A DNA stretch of 62,276 bases from Euryarchaeota archaeon UBA602 (GTDB lineage: Archaea > Thermoplasmatota > Poseidoniia > Poseidoniales > Thalassarchaeaceae), in the NCBI GenBank assembly GCA_002498455.1, contig DAHO01000052.1, positions 25,527-87,802 of the forward strand. The letters are read 5' to 3'. Under the pieces are notes generated by a model, which saw nothing but the letters and a program-made list of their open reading frames with translations, was not told where the DNA came from and made no database searches. This document shows positions 51,516 to 62,276 of the stretch, piece after piece (the stretch's first letter is position 1; every line of letters starts with the position of its first letter). Both the position numbers and the translations under genes were made by a program.

Positions 51516-52070
51516 GTGCCCAACCAACTTCGCCAATTCATGGGAGCCGGAGGTGATGCCCCCAGTGTTCCCATTTGGGACATGGCCGTTTTGATTGGTG
51601 CGACACTGTTCATTTCAACGGTCGTGATCTTGATTTGGACCCAACCAAATACATACAATCTCGATGGCAAAGAAGAAGTTCTTACGGTGCACACTGGGCT
51701 GTCACAAGCGGGATTGACGTTCGAATCAGCTTGCATTTCCAGTCCTGATTCAGATGCGAACACATCCTCATCGTGCCAAGATTTGTCAGTTTGGATTGTC
51801 TCACATGATGGGGCGGAAAGTTGGACTGGTGACTTGGACGATGCCGTCGAAATCGATTTGCTTGCAAACGGAGAATCTGAAAGCACTGTCAGTTTGAACG
51901 ATAAATTGGATTCGGGGGAATACCGATTGATTTTGGATGGCGAAGGTCAGTACACATTCGAAGTTACAGTTAACCGTACAATCCCGCATGAATTTGCACC
52001 TGCAATCCTCGGCTCAGTTCTTCTGATTTGGGGGATTTGGAGAAAGCAACAGGAAGAGGATGCAGCTTAA
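51516..52070 (+). CDS. hypothetical bitopic protein (N- and C-terminal TM, acidic exposed domain)
   Basis: This 184-aa ORF has a GTG start; later in-frame Met codons are also possible. The TMs are AVLIGATLFISTVVILIW and PAILGSVLLIWGIW. Confidence 0.5.
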   Translation: MPNQLRQFMGAGGDAPSVPIWDMAVLIGATLFISTVVILIWTQPNTYNLDGKEEVLTVHTGLSQAGLTFESACISSPDSDANTSSSCQDLSVWIVSHDGAESWTGDLDDAVEIDLLANGESESTVSLNDKLDSGEYRLILDGEGQYTFEVTVNRTIPHEFAPAILGSVLLIWGIWRKQQEEDAA

Positions 52071-53533
52071 TCCCATTTCCATCCCCAATCTTCGCTCATT
52101 TGGTGGACTTGATTGATGCCTAACAGACCTCCTGCAGCATCAATTCCGAATGATCTTGGACTGCCTTCAGATAATGTCAACCGCATGTTGGCAAATACAG
52201 CACTCAGAATGTCTTCCTTTTTGGGCGGCTTGATGAATGGATGAAATTCCAATATAGAGGCGACCGATGCATGCAAGACGGGAATCAATTTCTCAACATC
52301 TACTCCAAACAGAACATCCCAGCCGATTGAATCGCTGATTTCGGGGACTGAATTCCGATTCAATCCGATTCCTAAGGCAATCCGGTTTTCTTGGCCTTTG
52401 CTACGACCCTGGGCCAAAATTCCGCATAGTTTGCCGACATTTCCCGACCTTCGGATCCATATGTCGTTGGGCCATTTGACTCTGACTCCCTGCTTTTCAA
52501 GTTTTGAAGTATGGGTCCATGAGTGCGTAGGTAAACCCTGATTCATGAAGGTCGAAAGCGTATCGATTACAGCGAGAGATGCTGCATATTGAATAAACTC
52601 AGGGCCCCACTCTATAGATTTTCTATGAAGTGCCCAACTACCCATAAAATTGCGCTCGGAACCAACCCACATGCGATTTCTATATCCTCGTCCCGCGGTT
52701 TGATTGCGTGTCGAGACAAGATCGCCTTGATTGACCGTATTTTTTTCCAGAATGATTTCGTTGGTCGATTCGCACGAATCTAGGCGTACAATCTCACCCT
52801 GCTCAAACGGTCTCCAACAAGCAATCGCAGTTAGCATTTCGTCTCCAACGGCCAATTTCGAGATATTTCGTGTGGCCCACCCTGCTCTTCTCCAGGTTGT
52901 GGGGATTCGTGTCCCCACGTGATTGGAACTGTGCACGAGATAAATCACACCTCCGGGATTCAAAATATGGGGGTTTTGCGTGAGGGCATCCAATAAGGCA
53001 ATGTCACCTTGTTGATCAATCATTGCAGAATCTTCTAGCGGCCCTAATTTCTGTCCTGGTTCTGGGTCCAGGTACGGTAAATTCCAAGCAATTAAGTCCA
53101 CACTTTCCGAAGGCATCCACTGATCAATATCTCCAGGTCCTCCCTCAAAGACTGAAATTTCACAACCCAATTCGTTTGCATTTCCTTTGGTTGTGGCTAC
53201 TGCTAAGGGATTGATATCACATGCCTTAACCCTCCAACCACGAAGCGAGCAGGAGATTGAGATTGCACCACTGCCGCATCCAATTTCCAGCATCCCTTTT
53301 CCTTCCCCGGAACCGTGCTCGGCGAGTACCTGGTCGAGCAATGTCGAATCCTCTCTCGGAGGGTACACCGTAGGTGCAATCCTCAATGTAATGTCTTCAT
53401 GCCCACAGGGTTTCCAGGTAATGACGCGCCCACTACCCTTGGAATATTCAACCTCACGTTCGATCGACAACAGCCCCGCACTCCCTCGTATATTGGGGGT
53501 CGGTGGGAGTCGAAATTGAAGTATATTCTCCAA
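52067..53533 (-). CDS. fusion of an Mtq2/HemK-like SAM-dependent methyltransferase with biotin--protein ligase (BirA catalytic domain)
   Basis: The N-terminal about 250 aa show VYPPREDSTLL, LEIGCGSGAISISC (motif I) and DLIAWNLPY (an NPPY-type motif IV). The C-terminal about 240 aa show LDSCESTNE, TRNQTAGRGYRNRMW (GRGRxGRxW-type), KWPNDIWI and GKLCGILAQG. It has a TTG start. Confidence 0.8.
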   Translation of the reverse strand: MENILQFRLPPTPNIRGSAGLLSIEREVEYSKGSGRVITWKPCGHEDITLRIAPTVYPPREDSTLLDQVLAEHGSGEGKGMLEIGCGSGAISISCSLRGWRVKACDINPLAVATTKGNANELGCEISVFEGGPGDIDQWMPSESVDLIAWNLPYLDPEPGQKLGPLEDSAMIDQQGDIALLDALTQNPHILNPGGVIYLVHSSNHVGTRIPTTWRRAGWATRNISKLAVGDEMLTAIACWRPFEQGEIVRLDSCESTNEIILEKNTVNQGDLVSTRNQTAGRGYRNRMWVGSERNFMGSWALHRKSIEWGPEFIQYAASLAVIDTLSTFMNQGLPTHSWTHTSKLEKQGVRVKWPNDIWIRRSGNVGKLCGILAQGRSKGQENRIALGIGLNRNSVPEISDSIGWDVLFGVDVEKLIPVLHASVASILEFHPFIKPPKKEDILSAVFANMRLTLSEGSPRSFGIDAAGGLLGINQVHQMSEDWGWKWD

Positions 53534-53673
53534 ACCTTTATCTCGAATTTAGCCTACCGAAATTTGCTAAGCGGGATTGTGATGGCTGGATGGAATGGAT
53601 TTCCGTAGGCATATTCCATGGCGTAACCCTTTTGAATACCCCCCCGGTCGGCGGGTGGCCCAGAGATAGCCAA

Positions 53674-53747
53674 GGGCTTGTAGCTTAGCTAGGTAGAGCG
53701 TCGGGCTTTTAACCCGATGGCCAGGGGTTCGAATCCCCTCAGGCCCG
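53674..53747 (+). tRNA. tRNA-Lys (anticodon TTT)
   Basis: Hand-folded cloverleaf: acceptor GGGCTTG/CAGGCCC, D-arm GCTT/GAGC, anticodon stem TCGGG/CCCGA with loop CTTTTAA, T-arm AGGGG-TTCGAAT-CCCCT, discriminator G. No CCA is encoded. Confidence 0.9.
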
Positions 53748-53799
53748 CTCTCTGGCTGGCTACGAGTCGGCCTGAAAGGGCAGAACGGGGGCAGAAATT

Positions 53800-54387
53800 T
53801 TGGTAGTAAAGAGTTCAACGAAGAAACGCTTGGTTGAATTGGGTGTTTCAGAGGAGCATGCACACAAATTGGCCGATGATGCAAACATGGACGCCATCAA
53901 GCAGATGAGTGTTGAAGATGTTGCAAATAAAATCGGAATCGATTCAGATAGTCCTGAGATTGAGAAAATCATGGGTATCATCCGAGAGCAAGGCACTCGC
54001 AAGCGAACTCGCTCCCGACGAATTACAATTTCACAGAAAGCTCTAGACGACGACGACATCCCTAGAGGTGCCGATCGCTTCAATGTCCTGAATCATGGCT
54101 TGGTACCCCACCATGAGTTGGTTCCCGTCGAGGATGAAGCAACGATGTTGTCGCCTTGGGGGCTTGAAGTCCCGGATATTTCTGGCGAAGGCACTCGATT
54201 GGCCAAAGAATTGCTCCCCAAGATTTTGATTACAGATCCAGCTGTCCAAGTTCTGAAGGAAATGGCGGAAACCGAGAACGATGAATTGCCTGCAGGATGG
54301 CTGACCAATCGCGTTGTAAAAGTTGAACGCTACAGTTTATCTTCGGGAACAACAACAGCTTACAGGCTGATTGTGGAGGAAAACTAA
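53800..54387 (+). CDS. rpoH: RNA polymerase subunit H (Rpb5 homologue) with an about 95-aa N-terminal extension
   Basis: The C-terminal 100 aa match RpoH (VLNHGLVPHHELV...LPKILITDPAV...RVVKVERYSLSSGTTTAYRLIV). The start is a TTG, supported by conservation of MVVKSxTKK with the RpoA'' N-terminus. Confidence 0.85.
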   Translation: MVVKSSTKKRLVELGVSEEHAHKLADDANMDAIKQMSVEDVANKIGIDSDSPEIEKIMGIIREQGTRKRTRSRRITISQKALDDDDIPRGADRFNVLNHGLVPHHELVPVEDEATMLSPWGLEVPDISGEGTRLAKELLPKILITDPAVQVLKEMAETENDELPAGWLTNRVVKVERYSLSSGTTTAYRLIVEEN

Positions 54388-54399
54388 GGAGGAATTGTG

Positions 54400-57300
54400 A
54401 TGAAGGAAATTATTGAGAGTTACTTCCGAGAACGAAGTTTGGTCAATCACCAACTTGCTTCTTACAACGATTGCATACCGTCTGTCGATTCACAGAGTAG
54501 TCGCTTTGAAGAAATCGTGCGTACCATTCGAATTGGAACTGAGGACACCGTCGATGACGACGAGGGGGGTCTGATCAAACTTGACGTCTTAGACCATGAT
54601 ATTCAAGTTCGAATGAAGAACATGACTTTGGGCCCACCAACCATCCGTGAAGCAAACGGTTCTGAGCACCCTTCCTTGCCATTGGAATGCCGATTGCGCA
54701 AGTTAACCTACATGTCACCGATTTATCTTGACTTTACCATCCACAGAGATGATCTTCCTCAACCGATTGTTGAAGAAAAAGTGCAAATTGGTAGCGTCCC
54801 TATCATGGTTCGCAGCCGCCGCTGCAATCTGAACCCGGCACACATTGATGCCAATCGAAATTTGTCCCCAAATCAAAGTGAGGAAGACAAAGAACACTAC
54901 CATCGTTTGCTTGAGGGCAAAGGCGAGGACCCCCACGATCCAGGTGGTTATTTCATCATCAATGGAACCGAACGAGTCCTCATTTCGATGGAAGATTTGG
55001 CACCGAACCGTGTCACTGTTGAGATGAACAAGCGGTATGCCAGAAAAACCGAAGTTGCCAAGATTTTCTCGCAAAAGGATGGTGTTCGAAAACCACTGAC
55101 CGTTGAGAAGCGAAAGGATGGAATGCTGATGGTTAAAATCAGTAGTGCGGGAACGACTGCCATCCCTGTAGTATTGTTGATGCGTGCATTAGGCATTGAC
55201 AACGATCAGGAGATTTTCCAGGCGATTGCAGGGCCAACAGAGACATTCAAGTTCATCGTTGCCAACCTCAACGAAGTCAAAGACAATGAAGAGTATAATG
55301 TTGAGAATCAAGAAGAAGCCATGCAGTGGTTGGAGAAGAAGTTCGCCGCTGGTCAGCAGAAAGAGTATCGAGAACAGCGAATCCAGAATTTGCTTGACAA
55401 AGAACTCCTCCCACACCTTGGTAACACTGACGACAATCGAAAGAAGAAGGCCATTTTCCTAGGTAGAATCGTTCGACAAGTCCTTGAAATGGCAATCAAC
55501 AACAAGGAACCCAACGACAAGGATCACTATGCAAACAAGCGTGTCCGACTGGCTGGTGACTTGATTGAGGATTTGTTCCGCGTCTCACTGCAGCAGTTGG
55601 CTCGCGATCTCAAGTACCAACTTGAGCGTCACCACAATCGCAAGCGAGACCTCAAGATTACCTCCTGTCTACGTCCTGACGTGTTGACATCAAAGGTCAT
55701 GCACGCACTTGCAACTGGGAATTGGGTCGGTGGCAGAAGTGGGGTAAGCCAACTTCTTGACCGAACCTCCTTCCTTGCGGCTCTATCGCACATGCGCAGG
55801 GTTACCAGCCCTCTGGTCCGCAGCCAACCTCACTTCGAGGCCCGTGATTTGCACCCCACCCAATGGGGTCGTCTCTGCCCCAACGAGACACCGGAAGGAC
55901 AGAATTGTGGTCTTGTGAAGAACGCAGCACAAATGGTTGACATTTCAGAGGCAGTCAGCGAGGAAGAGGTCAAGGCTCTTCTTGCAGAAGCCGATGTAGA
56001 TCCGAACCCCGTTGGTTGGGCAGAAGGTGCCCGAGTACACGTAAATGGTGATATCTTCGGATTGCACATGAATCCTCACAAGCTGGTTGAGCACTTCAAG
56101 CGTCGCCGTCGAAGCGGTCGGATTCGTCCGGAAGTCAGTATCCGGCATGATGCGGTTAACCGTGATATTTTCATCAATACTGACAAGGGTCGAATCCTGC
56201 GTCCTCTCTTGGTATTGGATGGTGGAAGTATGGTCCTATCCAAGGAATATCTAGACGGTTTGAAAGATCGTACAATTTCTTTCAAGGACCTGGTCAATGA
56301 AGGTGTTGTCGAATGGGTCGATGCTGAGGAGGAGGAAGATCTCTTGGTAGCTCCTCGTCCTTTCGACCTACCACACATCAGTCCGAAGCACGGCCGTCCA
56401 ATCAATCCAGCCAAGGTTCAATGGTTGAATATGGGTGAAGAAGGTATTTCGAAAGCCAAACTAAGCGCGGAAGTGATTATGCCCAACGGTGAAATTGTCG
56501 AAGAGAAATTCAGCGTTCCGTTGAACTATTATCAGGAAGATTTGGATAAGCTACGTCGAAAGGAAAAGAAGACGGGCGATGTCCTCATTTTCACACACGT
56601 AGAAATTGACCCACAGTTGATTCTCGGTGTCTGCGCTTCACTGGTGCCGTATCCAGAGCACAACTCAACTCCACGTGTTACAGGTGGTACCGCGATGGTC
56701 AAGCAATCTTTGGGACTGCCATCTGCAAATGGTCGTCTACGACCTGATACACGTCAACATATTCTGCATTACACCCAGAACTCCATGACGGGCACTCGCG
56801 CGATGGATGCAACCAATTTCATTCGTCGGCCAGCGGGTCAAAACTTCGTTGTCGCGATTCTGAGTCACCACGGTTACAACATGCAGGATGCAGTCATCAT
56901 GAACCGTGGCAGTGTCGAAAGAGCATTGGGTCGCTCAACATTCATTCGTACATACAATGCAGAAAGAAAGCGGTTCCCCGGCGGTCAAGTCGATGAAATC
57001 GAAATTCCTGGCTCAGGACTTGATGAAGTCAAGGGTCTGAAATCTCCCGAGGCTTACGCTCATCTGGAGAGTGATGGTTTGCCCACACCTGAAACCGAAA
57101 TCAGTAGCAAGCCCGAAGACCGTGATCGCGTTCCACAGGTATTGGTTGGCAAAACCAGCCCTCCACGGTTCTTGGAAGAATCACATGGTGCATTCTTACA
57201 GGCCCAAGAACGCCGAGAATCGAGTATGAATGTTCGGCATGGCGAAGGTGGATTCGTCGACAACGTGTTTGTTACAGAATCACTGGACTCAGGTCGTCTT

Positions 57301-58073
57301 GTCAGAATCACCTTGCGAACCAATCGAATCCCAGAATTGGGTGATAAATTTGCCAGTCGTCACGGACAGAAGGGTGTGATTGGGCGCTTGGTCGATCCTG
57401 AAGACATGCCATTTACTGTTGATGGAGTAATCCCCGATCTCCTCATCAACCCCCATGCGATTCCATCTAGAATGACTGTGGCCCACATCCTTGAGATGAT
57501 TGGCGGCAAAGTCGGCGCAATGGAAGGTCGTCTCATTGACGGTACTGCTTTCAGTGGAGAAAAGGAAGACAGCCTCCGAGAGGGTCTACTCCGCCATGGA
57601 TTTGCACACACGGGTCGCGAATCGATGGTCAACGGAGAAACGGGTGAAGAATTCGCCGCCAAGATTTTCGTAGGTGTGATTTACTACCAGAAGTTGCATC
57701 ACATGGTCAGTGGGAAGATTCACGCTCGAAGTCGAGGACGTGTGCAGATTTTGACTCGGCAACCAACTGAAGGCCGTGCACGCCAAGGTGGTCTTCGATT
57801 CGGCGAAATGGAGCGTGACTGTCTGATTGCCCACGGTGCATCCATGGTCATCAAAGATCGACTGCTTGACGAGTCTGACGGATGGGAATTGTTTGTCTGT
57901 GCTGAAAGTGGCCATATTGCTTACTGGGACTGGCGGAAGCGATGTTATGTCAGTCCGGTACACGGTGACAAGGCAGAGGTTTTCCCTGTATCCACTTCGT
58001 ATGCATTCAAACTGCTCTTGGATGAAATGAAATCACTTGGAGTGGCCATGAGACTTGAACTGGAGGACCGAAA

Positions 58074-58077
<4 letters not shown>
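54400..58077 (+). CDS. rpoB: RNA polymerase subunit B (unsplit)
   Basis: About 1225 aa with FASRHGQKGVIG, GLRFGEMERDCLIAHGAS and a C-terminal Zn region. AAGGAGG lies upstream of the ATG at 54400; the ORF track starts at a GTG at 54397. Confidence 0.95.

Positions 58078-62276
<4,199 letters not shown>

Overview
The window reads as a gene-dense archaeal chromosome segment. It has an rpoH-rpoB-rpoA'-rpoA'' cluster with an unsplit B subunit, an RNase P Pop5 subunit, an XPD-type helicase, archaeal-style tRNAs and frequent 1-4 nt gene overlaps. I infer a Thermoplasmatota / Marine-Group-II-like photoheterotroph; this is inference only, since no search was possible.

Content from left to right:
- a lipA-E1alpha-E1beta-E2-E3 2-oxoacid dehydrogenase operon, an SDR and tRNA-Leu(TAA)
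- two very large exported, membrane-anchored proteins of 998 aa and 3003 aa; the larger has thrombospondin-type-3-like repeats, a transglutaminase core, an Ig-like repeat array and a DUF4129-like tail
- a small ACD-like protein, the XPD helicase, a GC-rich hairpin cluster and a tandem-RHH regulator
- an SBBP/TSP3 surface protein
- a retinal pathway cluster (crtI, then crtB-crtY-blh)
- a eukaryote-type GSII glutamine synthetase divergent from gdhA
- a propionyl-CoA carboxylase / B12 mutase small subunit / MeaB module
- asnB plus a gshA-like ligase
- a Rieske/cytochrome b operon whose cytochrome b C-half is fused to an HdrD-like CCG/Fe-S module
- a TPR plus divergent FtsZ-like pair, Pop5, an Mtq2-like methyltransferase fused to biotin protein ligase, and tRNA-Lys(TTT)

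No CRISPR array, transposase or integrase was seen. The best candidates for undescribed biology are:
- the Rieske/cyt b-HdrD-like fusion operon
- a paralogous N-terminal module shared by RpoH and RpoA''
- a Cys4 insertion in RpoA'
- the methyltransferase-BirA fusion

All functional calls rest on motifs read by eye. Start codons were adjusted from the ORF track where noted.
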